From an uncultured delta proteobacterium (GTDB lineage: Bacteria > Myxococcota > Myxococcia > Myxococcales > Myxococcaceae): a stretch of DNA of 64,000 nucleotides. Under the pieces are notes generated by a model that saw only the letters and a list, made by a program, of their open reading frames with translations, ran no database searches and was not told the DNA's origin. The translations under genes were made by a program, and so were the position numbers. Positions 1-10,605 of the stretch are shown piece by piece; position 1 is the stretch's first letter; each line of letters starts with the position of its first letter. The DNA lies in contig CAVYSY010000040.1 in NCBI GenBank assembly GCA_963771175.1, positions 256,001 through 320,000 on the forward strand, in the 5' to 3' direction.

Positions 1-191
1 AGCTGGTGGGGGTTGAGATCCACCCTGGCCTCGGCGAGCGCTCCCGCGAGCCGCTCGCGCGAGTCCGAGCTCTTGATGGTGAGCTCCTCGGCGAGCAGAC
101 GCTCGTGGAAGGGCGTCAGTGGCCGACCCTGCTGCTCAGCGCCCGCGCGGACCTCCGTCCCCGACACCGCCGCCGCCGCATCCACCGCCAC
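1..191 (-). CDS. SNF2-family (RapA/HepA-like) helicase, N-terminus only; runs off the window edge
   Basis: My minus-strand translation (absent from the ORF track) reads ...LTPFHERLLAEELTIKSSDSRERLAGALAEARVDLNPHQ, the typical lead-in to motif I of bacterial SNF2 helicases; GTG start uncertain. Confidence 0.7.
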   Translation of the reverse strand, partial: MAVDAAAAVSGTEVRAGAEQQGRPLTPFHERLLAEELTIKSSDSRERLAGALAEARVDLNPHQ

Positions 192-441
192 CCGCAGCTC
201 CCTGAAATCCCTCGCGACCTCCGGCAAGACCCTGTCTCCGTCCGTACGTATCGAAACGTGCTCGCACAGGCGTGTAGCACGAAAGAGGGGCCATTTTGGG
301 AAGTGCGATGGAGGTGTAAAGGGGGTCCTCTCCGAGGCCGAAAAATCGGCTCCGGAGCGATTGGCACGCTTTTTCTTCGGGAGCGTCGTCGCGCGAGCGT
401 GTGTGCGACGGGGCGCGCGCGTGGGGACTTGACGGCGGCGG

Positions 442-1771
442 CTAGAGCAGTCCTCGCGCCTTCACGTGCAGGTAGCTGTTGACGGCGGCGGCACCGAAGC
501 CCCTCGCCGGAGCGCGCACCACGAGTGCACCTGCATCTCGGAGGGTGAGGGCGGTGCGCCGGTAGTCCTCCTCGAGGCGCGAGGCGGCCTGGCGCGCGTA
601 GGCGTCCTGCACGGTGGTGGGCACGGCGGTGGCGGCGGACTGGAGGTCCTCGTCGAGGAGCGAGGCCACCACGGGCAGGTGCCGGGGGCGCAGCGCCAGC
701 GTGCGCGGCCAGCAGCGTGCTGGAGGCGTCCGGGTCCACCAGGTCCGTGAAGAGCACCACCAGCGAGCGGCGCGAGGAGCGAGCGAAGGCGAAGTCGTAG
801 GCGCGGCCGTAGTCGCTCTCCTCGAGCGCGGCCTCGGCGCGGTAGAGGGACTCGGTGAGGAGGCGCAGGTGCTCGGAGCCCTTGCGCGGGGGGAGGAAGG
901 CGCGCACGTCGCTGGCGAAGGCGAGCACGCCCACCATGTCCCCGGCGTCCAGGCTCACCTTGGCGAGGCGCAGCGCCGCGTCCACCGCGTGGTCCAGCTT
1001 GCGCCGGCCGTCCACCTGGCCCGCCATGTGGCGCCCGCAGTCGAGCAGCAGCAGCACGGGCTGGTTCCGCTCGGGCTGGTACACGCGCACCATGGTGCGG
1101 CCCCGGCGCGCCGAGGCCTTCCAGTCCACGGTGCGGTAGTCGTCGCCCGGTGCGGTAGTCGCGCAGGGACTCGAACTCGCGGCCCTCGGCGGAGCGGCGC
1201 AGGGTGCGCTCGGCGGGAGCGTCCGAGGCCACGGCGAGCGCCAGCGCCTCCCGCGTCAGCGCGGTGAGGTCCGGGTACACCTTCACGTCCTGGGTGGCCG
1301 GCACCCGCACCTGGCGCGCGCACAGGCCCAGCGGGCCCAGCAGGCGCAGGTGCGACGTCACCGAGGCGCAGATCTCCACGCGTGGGCGGGGTGAGGGCGT
1401 AGGAGACGGTGGCGTGGGCTGCCTCGGGGCGAGAGGGAGAAGGGCTGCTCGTGCCCGTGCACGTCCACGCCCGGGGGCACCTCGTCGCGCACCCGGCCGC
1501 GCACGGGCCGCTGGCCGAGCAGGTGCAACTCCAGCCGCACCGGGTTGGCCACGCCCGAGGAGAGGACGGGCTCCAGCACGCGCCGCACCTCGAGGTCCGA
1601 GGCGCGGGGGGCGGAGAGGAAGTCGAAGGCGCACAGCAGCAGCACCGCCGCGTCCAGGGCGAGCGCGAGCCACAGGAAGGCGGAGCCGGCGACGGCCATC
1701 GCGGCGGGCACGAGGGCCGCGGCGACGAGCGCCACGGCGAGCCCGGTGGGGACGGGCCGGCCGAGGCTCAC
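442..1771 (-). CDS. DUF58 family protein, MoxR-associated (frameshifted)
   Basis: N-terminal TM segment, [36 protein letters not shown] spread over several frames; GTG start overlaps the MoxR stop (GTGA). Confidence 0.85.
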
Positions 1772-2746
1772 CGGGGAACCTGGACGCGCTCCAACGTCTG
1801 GCGGAGCACGTCGTCCGCGGTGAGGCCCTCCACCTCCGCCTCGGCCTTCAGAATCAGGCGATGGTTGAGGACGCTGGGGCAGACGGCCTTCACGTCGTCC
1901 GGGGTGACGAAGTCCGAGCCGTTGAGGGCCGCTCGGGACTTGGCCGCGGCCAGCAGCGCCTGCGCCGAGCGCGGCGAGGCCCCCAGGCGCACGCGCGGGT
2001 TGGCGCGCGTCTCGCGGATGAGCTTCACCACGTAGGAGAGGATGGACTCGTCGCAGGCGACGCGTGCCGCCTGGGCCTGCAGCTCCGCGAGCGTGGCGCG
2101 CGTCCAGCACCCGCGCCACCTGGGCGACCTTGCCCTCGCGCTGGTGGAAGCCGCGCACCATGTCCAGCTCGGCCTCGGGCGGCGGGTAGCCCACGCGCAC
2201 CCGCATCAGGAAGCGGTCGAGCTGCGCCTCGGGCAGCGGGTAGGTGCCCTCCAGCTCCAGCGGGTTCTGCGTGGCCACCACGAAGAAGTGGGCCGGCAGC
2301 GCGTGCGTGGTGCCGTCGATGGTGACCTGCCGCTCCTCCATGGCCTCCAGCAGCGCGGCCTGCGTCTTGGGCGGGGTGCGGTTGATCTCGTCCGCCACCA
2401 GGACCTCGGTGAAGACGGGGCCCTTCACGAGCTGGAAGGCGTTGTCCTGGGGCCGGAAGACGTTGGTGCCGAGGATGTCGCTCGGCATCAGGTCCGGGGT
2501 GAACTGGACGCGGGAGAAGTCGAGCCCGAGCGCGGAGGCCATGCTGCGCGCGGTGAGCGTCTTGGCCACGCCGGGGACGCCCTCGAGCAGCACGTGGCCG
2601 CGCGCGAGGAACGCGGTGACGAGGTCCGCCACCACGTGCCGCTGGCCGAGCACCGTGGACTCCAGCGCGGCGGTGAGGCGCTCCAGGGACGAGCCCCCGG
2701 CGGCCGGGGTGCGCGCGACTCCCGCTGCGGAAGGAGACGACGTCAT
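1768..2746 (-). CDS. moxR: MoxR family AAA+ ATPase (frameshift near 2090)
   Basis: [66 protein letters not shown]. Confidence 0.93.
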
Positions 2747-3761
2747 GAAGCGGGCTTCTCCTTGAGTCCCAGCAGCGTGCCGACGAGGCTGACCAGCGCG
2801 CCGAGCAGGGCGAGGTACGCCCCCATGCTGGGTGTGGAGTTCATGAGGGTCGCGTTGCCCATGGGGGAGGGCACCTCGGTGGCGTCATACGAGAGCTTCA
2901 TGAAGATGATGCACCAGAGGACGCAGAAGATGGACAGGCCGAGCTGCGCGAGCCAGGGGACGAGGACGTTGAGGCTCGGCATGGACCGGCGCACGCGCAC
3001 GGCGATGGTGCCCATGACGGCGATGGCGCCCGACGACGCCGACGAGCCCCAGGCTCATCAGTCCGAGGATGTCGCCGTCCGCGGCCGTCTCCTTCCAGGG
3101 GAGGAAGGCGGAGAATGGCGATCGCCCCCGCGCCGCCGAAGGCGATCTTGTCGGAGAGGCCCAGCAAGCTCACGAACTGGCGGAAGTCGTCCATGACCTC
3201 CTCGGGCGCACGATCTGTCCGGAGCCGCTGCCGCTGTAGTCGCGGGACGGGGTGTAGCTGACGTCCGCCGGGTCGAGCTCGGTCTGCTGTGGGCGCCGGG
3301 GGGCGGGAGCCGCCGCACGGCCGCCACTGCCGCCGGGGCGGGGCGGGGCGGGGCGGCTGTTGGGGCTGGACCTTCCGCTCGCGGTGCGCGGGGGCGCGTT
3401 GCGGACGATCTCGTCCATGCTGCTTGATGTTGGTGGCGTCCGCGTTGGCGACCTCCGGGGCCGCGGCGGGCTGCCGGGGGCGTGAACCGGCGCCGGAGGA
3501 GGGGCGGGCAGCGGACCGGGCTCCAGAGCCACGAGCACCTGGAGCGGTGCGCACCGGACGGGACGCGGGGGCCTGCTGGCGGGACGGGGCAGGCCCGGCG
3601 CCCGTCACATCGTCCGAGTCCTGGGGGGCGTCCGCCGAAATGAACGAGGAGTCGATGATGTAGTCGCACGAGGGGCAGATGGACGTGCCATCCGCGACCT
3701 GGGTGCCACAGCCAGGGCAGTTCAGGACCGGCGCTCCTTGAGACGGTGAAGCGCCGCGCAT
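2743..3761 (-). CDS. Zinc-ribbon protein with low-complexity linker and C-terminal membrane domain (frameshifted)
   Basis: CPGCG...CPSCD at N-terminus, Pro/Ala/Ser linker, several hydrophobic helices at C-terminus; stop overlaps moxR start. Confidence 0.65.
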
Positions 3762-3846
3762 CTTCCGGTGCCCGATGCGCTCAAGTCAAACGGCTTACGG
3801 GCTAACCCCTGGATTTTCGCGGGGAATTGGCCTAGGCGGGCAGGCC

Positions 3847-5905
3847 ATGAGCCCTCCGCGCGCCGCCGTGCCTGCCTGTCTGCTCTGGGTCTTCGTGCTC
3901 TCGGGTTGTGTCCATTCCGCGCCGTCCCGCGAGCAGGCGGGGACAGGGGCGGAGGTGGCCGGCTGGGAGGATCGCCGCTCGCTGGCGGACGGACGGCTCG
4001 TGGCGCTCGCGACGGGTGGCTCCGTGCCGGAGCGTGTGCGGGCCCTGCGCGCACTCGCCCGCATCCAGGATCTCTCCACGCTGGAGGCCGTACTGGCCGG
4101 ACTGGGTGCCGTCGAGGTGCCCGTGCGTGACGAGGCCGCCTTCGCCACGGGGGTGCTGGCGCTCGCGTGGGAGCCCTGCACGGACGCGGAGAAGGCGCGG
4201 ATGACGGAGGCGCTGCTCGTCGCCGAGGCCACGGAGACGGACGAGGGCGTGCGGCGCACCCTGCTCGAGTCCCTGGGCAAGCTGGCCACGCCGGGGGCGG
4301 TGAAGCGCCTCGCGGAGCGGCTGACGGATGGACGTCCGGGGGTCGCGGGCCGAGCGGCCCTGGCCCTCGGGGTGGCGGCGCGCCGGGGCTCGTCGATGGC
4401 GGATGTGCCGCTGGAGCCGGTGGCGGTGCTGACCGAGCGCGGCCAGTCCGAGGAGTCGCGTTATGGCGGGGCCTACCTCCTGGCGAACGCGAAGCGCCCC
4501 GAGGCGCTGGGGTCCCTCCGGCGCTGCCTCGGTGACGAGGCCCCGGACATCCGCGCCCTGTGCGCGAAGGGAATCGGAGACGTGGGCGGCCCGGAGGACG
4601 CGGCTGTGGTGGGTCCGCTGCTGCGGGACGAGGTGCCGCGCGTGACGGCCGAGGCGGCGCGGACGCTCGCGAAGCTGGCCGCGCGGTGCAGCGGGGATTG
4701 CTCGCCGATGGACCAGCTCCGGACGCTCGCGCCCCAGGCCTCGCGCGTGGCTGCGGGGAGACTCCGCGGTGGGTCATGCGCTGCTCGCGGTGGCGCAGCA
4801 GGGCCTTCCCGAGGCGGGCCGCCCGGTGCTGGTGGCGCTGCGGCGCGCGCTCCAGGAGGCGGTGCCGGGCGCGGCCTCTGAGGTGGCGAGGGGAGACCTG
4901 ATGAACCTCGACTGCCGGCTGGCGGCGGCGCTCGATCGGCAGACGGGGGTGCTCGACGAGGTGCTGCGCTGTGGCGGAGGTCTGGTGCCGGAAGTGCGGC
5001 GGCTGGCACTCGGCCTGCGCGAGGTGGCGCAGTCGCGAGGCAAGGGCGGCGCGAGCGGAGCGGTGCCATACCTCACGTATCCGGATTCACGGGTGCAATC
5101 GGCGGCGCTGGACGCGGTGTCGGCGCGCCCCGTGCCCGAGGCGGCCGGGCCCGTGCGCGCGCTCCTCGGCGGGCGCGACCTGGTGGTGGCGGCCTCGGCG
5201 GCGAGCACGGCCGGGAAGCTGAAGGACGTGGAGGCGCTGCCCCTGGTGCGCGCGCTGGCGGAGCGCGTGCCCCAGGAGCCGGAGCTCGCCGAGCCGGTGG
5301 CGGGTGGACTGGTGGCGCTGGCGGGGAAGGACGCGGAGCCGGTGCTGCGGACGTGGCTCCAGCACCCGCATGCGAACGTGCGCCGGGTGGCGGGCGAGGC
5401 CCTCTCCGAGCTCACGGGTCAGCTCGTGCGCGCCCGGCATGTGGAACTACCGGCGGACGCGCGCCGCCCCGAGCCCGCTCCGGCGGGCACCTCGCTCACC
5501 TTCCGCACTTCGAAGGGGGACTTCACCGTCGCGCTGGATGACGAGGCGCCGCTCACCTCGGGCAACCTCGTGACGCTCGCGCGCCAGGGCTACTTCCGTG
5601 GCATCACCTTCCACCGCGTGGTGCCGGACTTCGTCGCGCAGGGTGGAGATCCGCGCGGAGACGGGGAGGGGGGCCCGGGCTACTCCATCCGCTGCGAGAT
5701 GACGCGTCGACCCTACCGCCGCGGAGTCATCGGAATGGCGCTGTCGGGGAAGGACACGGGCGGCAGCCAGTTCTTCTTCACCTACTCGCCGCAGCCGCAC
5801 CTGGATGGCCGCTACACGGCCTTTGGCGAGGTGACGCGCGGCATGGAGGTGGTGGACCGGCTCCTCGAGGGCGACACCCTCCAGGCGGTGGAGGTGTCTC
5901 CGTGA
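3847..5905 (+). CDS. HEAT-repeat lipoprotein with C-terminal cyclophilin-type peptidyl-prolyl isomerase (frameshift near 4770)
   Basis: Lipobox VLSGC; HEAT-like repeats; FHRVVPDFVAQGGDPRGDGEGGPGY, GMALSGKDTGGSQFF, HLDGRYTAFG. Confidence 0.9.
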
Positions 5906-5914
5906 GGTAATGCT

Positions 5915-6412
5915 TCATCGGAGGGGCGTTGCTCCTGACTGGAATCCCGTTCGGGTCCGCAACTCAGCAAGTGCCTTCAGAAGTCCCTCTCGGAGCCTGT
6001 TGCTGCGAGCGAGGCGGAGAACGCTTCGTTCGACCTCATCCAGCATGCGCCTGGCCTCGTGGTCATCGTGCCGCGGGTGCCGTCCGCACCATTGCGCGTA
6101 GAGACAGGCAACGTGGTAACGGCGCTCGACATTCGAGTAGCCCAGCCGCTGGATACGTCGCAGCGTGGGACCGAAGACCGGCCACGGGCAGTCGCGCCCG
6201 TATGCTTCGGTGAAGATCGCCTCGGCGATTCGTCGTCGTACCTCCTGCCGTTCATATGTCGTTTGGGCGATGGAGCGCAGCAGATACCGCTCCAAGGACT
6301 TGAACCTGGATTCCATCTCCTCGAAGGAGTCATCGAAGGATGCGACGAGTGTCCGGTCCATCGCTCGTGCAACTTCCATGAAGCGACGCTCCGAGCTTTG
6401 GGAAAGCCTCAC
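5915..6412 (-). CDS. Hypothetical helical cytoplasmic protein, partner of the upstream Cys-rich protein
   Basis: Intact ORF of about 165 aa; GTG at 6412 overlaps the upstream TGA (GTGA); lower GC than flanks. Confidence 0.7.
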   Translation of the reverse strand: MRLSQSSERRFMEVARAMDRTLVASFDDSFEEMESRFKSLERYLLRSIAQTTYERQEVRRRIAEAIFTEAYGRDCPWPVFGPTLRRIQRLGYSNVERRYHVACLYAQWCGRHPRHDDHEARRMLDEVERSVLRLARSNRLREGLLKALAELRTRTGFQSGATPLR

Positions 6413-6723
6413 CGACAAGGTCTCCCATCCCAGAGTTCAGCTGGCCAGACACCATTGTTCTGCATGCATACATCCTTGCAGGGCCAACAGAGACTGTGGC
6501 CACTGGTTCCGCTGGGTACGTTCTGGATGGGAGAGTTCAGGCACATATTGAACTCCTCGTTACACCGTTTTCTGATCTCCTGCGGTGATAGGCACTCGCT
6601 GACCTCACTTCCCCCAGTGAGCCGCTCTTCCTCTGTGCATCGCGTCGTCAGTGTCAGGACTGTAGCGGCCAGCAGGATGGCGCGGAGCGGCACGTGCTTC
6701 CTGATGTGCATCGGACGGCTCAT
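6409..6723 (-). CDS. Small Cys-rich exported protein or lipoprotein (104 aa)
   Basis: Strong RBS GGAGGAGAAAGG before ATG 6723; basic N-terminus, hydrophobic core ending LTTRC; 8 Cys in total. Confidence 0.72.
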   Translation of the reverse strand: MSRPMHIRKHVPLRAILLAATVLTLTTRCTEEERLTGGSEVSECLSPQEIRKRCNEEFNMCLNSPIQNVPSGTSGHSLCWPCKDVCMQNNGVWPAELWDGRPCR

Positions 6724-6877
6724 ACCTTTCTCCTCCGATAGCGACCAGCGTCGTGCGCGATCGATTCTTCCCGCTCTGGCGACGAATCTTGAACAGACAG
6801 GCTCTTCGTCTCAATCCGCGGGCGCTCTTGCTGGCTATCCTGCGTGTGGTGGCTGACAACCTGGAACTCGGGTCTCG

Positions 6878-8212
6878 ATGATGACGCGGAGAAAGCTCCT
6901 CTGGAGCCTGGGCCTCGCGGCACCGCTGGTCTCTCTCTCTGGGAGCGTCGCCTTCTGGAATTCCCGTTCGGCACGTAGGTCGTCGGGCTCCGAAATGGCC
7001 ACCTCCAGCGCGTTGCTGCACACCCGACTCGCCGCGCGAGCCGCTGCCGAAGGAGAGCTGGTTCGTGCGCGCGAGGACGCCACCGTCGCCCTGGCGGAGG
7101 TGCCCGGTCATGCTCCAGCGCTTTTCGTTCTCGCGTGCATCGCGCTGGAGGCGGGCGACTTTCGCGAGGCTCGGGACGTCATCGTCCGGTTACGAGCCCT
7201 GGCTCCAGAACAACCGGAGTTGCTGATTCTGGAGAGGCTGCTGGCGCATCGCCAGAGTGAGTCCCCAGCGGGCTGGGGGCAGGCATTTCTCGAGGCCTGG
7301 GTGGAGCGGGGCCGCCCTGAGCTTCAAGAGAGTGTCCTGTTGCCGGATGCCAGGTTCGCGAGCTTGGAGGAGCCAGAGCTTGAGAGCGCCTGGAACCGTG
7401 CCTCCTCTTCACGGGCGCGTCTCGCCGTGGCGCTGCTGTTCCCGAATCCTTCCGAGGCGCGGACACGCTGGGTCCTCCAGCAGGTGCCGGAGCTGGATGA
7501 GCCCGCGCTGCTCGTCGCGGCATTCGACCTGCTGAGCGACAAGCGGCTCGCGGCGTCATTCCGTCAGGAGGCCGCGCCCGTGCTGCGCCAGCATTTCGCT
7601 CAGCTCGCCGAGGCGTCACCCAGGGCCATGCAGCTTCGCCTGCTCCAACTCGTGGCGGGAACCGAGGGGTCCGTGCCGCTCGGCACCCAGGAAGTGGACG
7701 CGCTCGAGGCCATCTCGGTGCTCCCCATCTGGAAGGACGACTCCTTCACACCGCAGTTCCTGGAGACTCGGCGATGTTTGAAGGAGCTGGCGGTGCCCGG
7801 CGCCAGTGGTGCGGCCTTCGCCGTGACGGAGCGGGCCCTCGGCCATCGCGCCGTGCTCCTCCTGCTCCGTCGCGCCGCGGCCACCCAGGAGCACCTCTCC
7901 GAGGACATGCGCCGCGGGGTGGGGCGGATGCTCTGGCGCATCGGCAGCCGTCTCGCCGAGCAGTCCTCACTCCTGGAGCACACGGTGGGGGCCTCGCTCA
8001 TGGCGTCTGGAGCGGCCAGCATGCGGCACGGCCGGAATCAGCGAGAGGCCTTCGCACGCGAGGATGAAATGCACGCGGCCGTCATGACCTCGCTCCGTGC
8101 CGCGCTCGACCGGTGGCCGCTGCGCTCGCTCACGGAGCAACTGCTGGAGTCACGGGCGCGCAGCGAGGTGACCTGGCTGCGCGCCTTCGTGGGTAGAGCC
8201 ACGCTCCCGTGA
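6878..8212 (+). CDS. Hypothetical helical/TPR-like protein with N-terminal anchor or Tat-like signal
   Basis: Intact 444-aa ORF; TRRKLL then hydrophobic stretch; TPR-like ALFVLACIALEAGDFREARDVIVRLRALAPEQP. Confidence 0.7.
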   Translation: MMTRRKLLWSLGLAAPLVSLSGSVAFWNSRSARRSSGSEMATSSALLHTRLAARAAAEGELVRAREDATVALAEVPGHAPALFVLACIALEAGDFREARDVIVRLRALAPEQPELLILERLLAHRQSESPAGWGQAFLEAWVERGRPELQESVLLPDARFASLEEPELESAWNRASSSRARLAVALLFPNPSEARTRWVLQQVPELDEPALLVAAFDLLSDKRLAASFRQEAAPVLRQHFAQLAEASPRAMQLRLLQLVAGTEGSVPLGTQEVDALEAISVLPIWKDDSFTPQFLETRRCLKELAVPGASGAAFAVTERALGHRAVLLLLRRAAATQEHLSEDMRRGVGRMLWRIGSRLAEQSSLLEHTVGASLMASGAASMRHGRNQREAFAREDEMHAAVMTSLRAALDRWPLRSLTEQLLESRARSEVTWLRAFVGRATLP

Positions 8213-8222
8213 GGGAGCGCGC

Positions 8223-9332
8223 TCAGCTGGCGACGCGGTTGGGCACCTTGCCCGGCGTGAAGCCGGCCCAGAGTGCGTTCTCCGCGTTCTCCATGTCCTC
8301 GACCTTCTTGCGGATCCGCTGCCACTCGGAATCCGGAATCCGCAGGAAGGCCTCGGCCAGCTCGGGATCGAACTGCGTGCCCGAGCAGCGCTTGATCTCA
8401 TCGCGCGCCACGGACATCGGCCGGCCCTTGCGGTACGGACGGTCCGAGGTGATGGCGTCCACCGTGTCGGCGATGGCGAAGATGCGCGCGCCGATCACGA
8501 TGTCCTCGCCCTTGAGCCCCTGCGGGTAGCCCTTGCCGTCCCAGCGCTCCTGGTGGTGCAGCACGATGAGCGAGGCCTCGTGCAGGTAGGGCATCTTCGC
8601 GAGGATCTGGTAGCCGTACTCGGGGTGCTTGCGCATCTCCACCCACTCGTCGGGCGAGAGCGGACCGGGCTTGAGCAGGATGGTGTCGCTCACGCCGATC
8701 TTCCCGATGTCGTGCAGCAGCGCTCCCTGCTCCACCACCTCGAGCTGCTTCGGCCGTCAGGGCCGATCTCCTCGGCCAATGCGGCGCGAGTAGAGCGACA
8801 CCCGGCGCGAGTGCCACTGCGTCTCGGTGTCGCGGTAGTCGAGCGCGCTGATGAGGCCGTCCAGCAGCCCGTTGGTGCGCTCCACCACCAGCCGCTCGAG
8901 ATCGCGGTTGATCGCGGTCAGCTCCGCGTTCTTCTCCGCCACCTCTCGCGTGAGCCGCTCGTTGGACTCCACCAGCCGGAAGTGCTCGAAGGCCTGCCGC
9001 ACGGCGCTGGTCAGCTCACTGAGCGACCACGGCTTGCCCAGCAGACGGAACACCTCGCCCCGGTTGACCGCCTCCGAGGCCGTACGGAAGTCCGCCGCCG
9101 CGGTGAGCATCAGCCGCACCGCGCGTGGGTTCTTCTCCCGCAGGGTGCGCAGGAGCTCCACGCCGTTGAGCAACGGCATCATGAAGTCGGTCAGCACCAC
9201 CTGGAAGCCCTCTTCCTTGGCGGCCTGGGCGGGATCCGTGTGGGTGACGACCTCGTAGCCCTCCGACTGGAGGATCCGCGACAGCGCAGCGAGAATGAGC
9301 GGATCGTCATCCACCACCAGGATGCGGTCCAT
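8223..9332 (-). CDS. REC-HD-GYP response regulator, putative c-di-GMP phosphodiesterase (frameshift near 8770)
   Basis: REC: ILVVDDD...LTDFMMP; HD-GYP: HSRRV, LHDIGK, HHQERWDGKGYP, ADTVDAITSDRPY. Confidence 0.92.
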
Positions 9333-9535
9333 TGAACCAAGCCTCCCGACCCAAGAGGGACGGACGTTAGAGAACCGGGCCGTTATACACGGCTTTGCGC
9401 CCAAAGGTCACACCCGCTCCGTGTGGGTCCAACCTTCTTGCCTGGTGCACAACCTCTGGAAACCTCTGTCGTTTCCTCAAGGGTGCTTTCGAGCGCACGC
9501 ACGAGCCGCTTGCCTGTCCCATTAGGGGTGGTCTA

Positions 9536-9551
9536 TGGTGCGCCTGTTGCT
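9536..9551 (+). promoter_or_regulatory. Putative sigma54 (-24/-12) promoter
   Basis: TGGTGCGCCTGTTGCT has GG-N10-GC spacing, about 40 bp upstream of ATG 9592. Confidence 0.55.
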
Positions 9552-9591
9552 GCATTGTGGTGTAACTCCTTGATTTTTGGAGAGTTCTCCG

Positions 9592-10593
9592 ATGCCTAGA
9601 GCCTCCGCAGGGCCGGTCCCGGTGGTGGTCATGGGGCTGGGCTTCATCGGGCAGGAGATCGCCAGAGCGGCCCAGCTCTCACCCGAGGTCGAGCTGATCG
9701 GCGCGGTGGACGCCAACCCGCAGCTGGTGGGCCGTCCCCTCTCCGAGGTGCTCGGGTTGCCCGGCCTGAAGGGAAAGGTCGCCGGGACACTGGAGGCCGC
9801 GGTGGGCCGGCGCCAGGGCGTGGTGCTGCTGCACGCCACGGGCTCGCGGCTCGCGCAGGTGATGGACCAGCTGCTCGAGGCGCTGAAGCTCGGCATGCCG
9901 GTGGTCTCCACCTGCGAGGAGCTGGCCTTCCCCTTCCTCAAGTATCCGGAGCTGGCCGACAAGCTGGATCGCGCGGCGCAGAAGGCCGGGGTCGCGGTGC
10001 TCGGCACCGGCGTCAACCCGGGCTTCGTGCTGGACCGGCTGGTGGCCACGGCCGGCCAGGCCTGCGGTCCGGTGCGCCGTGCCACCGTCACCCGCGTGGT
10101 GGACGCGCGCACCCGCCGCGAGGCCCTGCAGCGCAAGATTGGCGCGGGGCTCACCGAGGACGAGTTCTTCGCCCTGGTGGACAAGGAGCAGCTCGGCCAC
10201 GTGGGGCTGGTGGAGAGTGCCGCCCTGTGCGCGCTGGGGCTCGGCATGGACTGCGACGACTACGAGGAGGAGATCGTCCCGGTCTTCGCCGAGGAGGACA
10301 TCACCGGCGGCGCCTTCCCGGTGAAGAAGGGCCGGGTGGCGGGAATCTTCCAGTCCGCGGTGGGGCTGGAGGAGGGGCAGGAGCGGGTGCGGCTGGAGCT
10401 GACCATCGCGGTGGGCGCGGACGAGCCGGGGGACCGCATCGAGTTGGATGCGGATCCGATGCTCGTTCTGGAGATTCGCGGTGGCGTCGCCGGTGACAGG
10501 GCCACGGCCCATACACTGGTGAACGCCGCGCCACGCGTGACGGCCGCCGAGGCCGGGCTGTTCACCGTGCTCGAGCTTCCGGCCGGTCGTTAA
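9592..10593 (+). CDS. DapB-like / 2,4-diaminopentanoate dehydrogenase-family NAD(P)-dependent oxidoreductase
   Basis: GLGFIG Rossmann motif, VVSTCEELAFP, GTGVNPGFVLD, GGVAGDRATA. Confidence 0.82.
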   Translation: MPRASAGPVPVVVMGLGFIGQEIARAAQLSPEVELIGAVDANPQLVGRPLSEVLGLPGLKGKVAGTLEAAVGRRQGVVLLHATGSRLAQVMDQLLEALKLGMPVVSTCEELAFPFLKYPELADKLDRAAQKAGVAVLGTGVNPGFVLDRLVATAGQACGPVRRATVTRVVDARTRREALQRKIGAGLTEDEFFALVDKEQLGHVGLVESAALCALGLGMDCDDYEEEIVPVFAEEDITGGAFPVKKGRVAGIFQSAVGLEEGQERVRLELTIAVGADEPGDRIELDADPMLVLEIRGGVAGDRATAHTLVNAAPRVTAAEAGLFTVLELPAGR

Positions 10594-10605
10594 TAGGGAG
10601 GGGAC

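Noticed and set aside
361..377. TTGGCACG as a sigma54 promoter
   Set aside because: No GC at the -12 position and no plus-strand gene downstream
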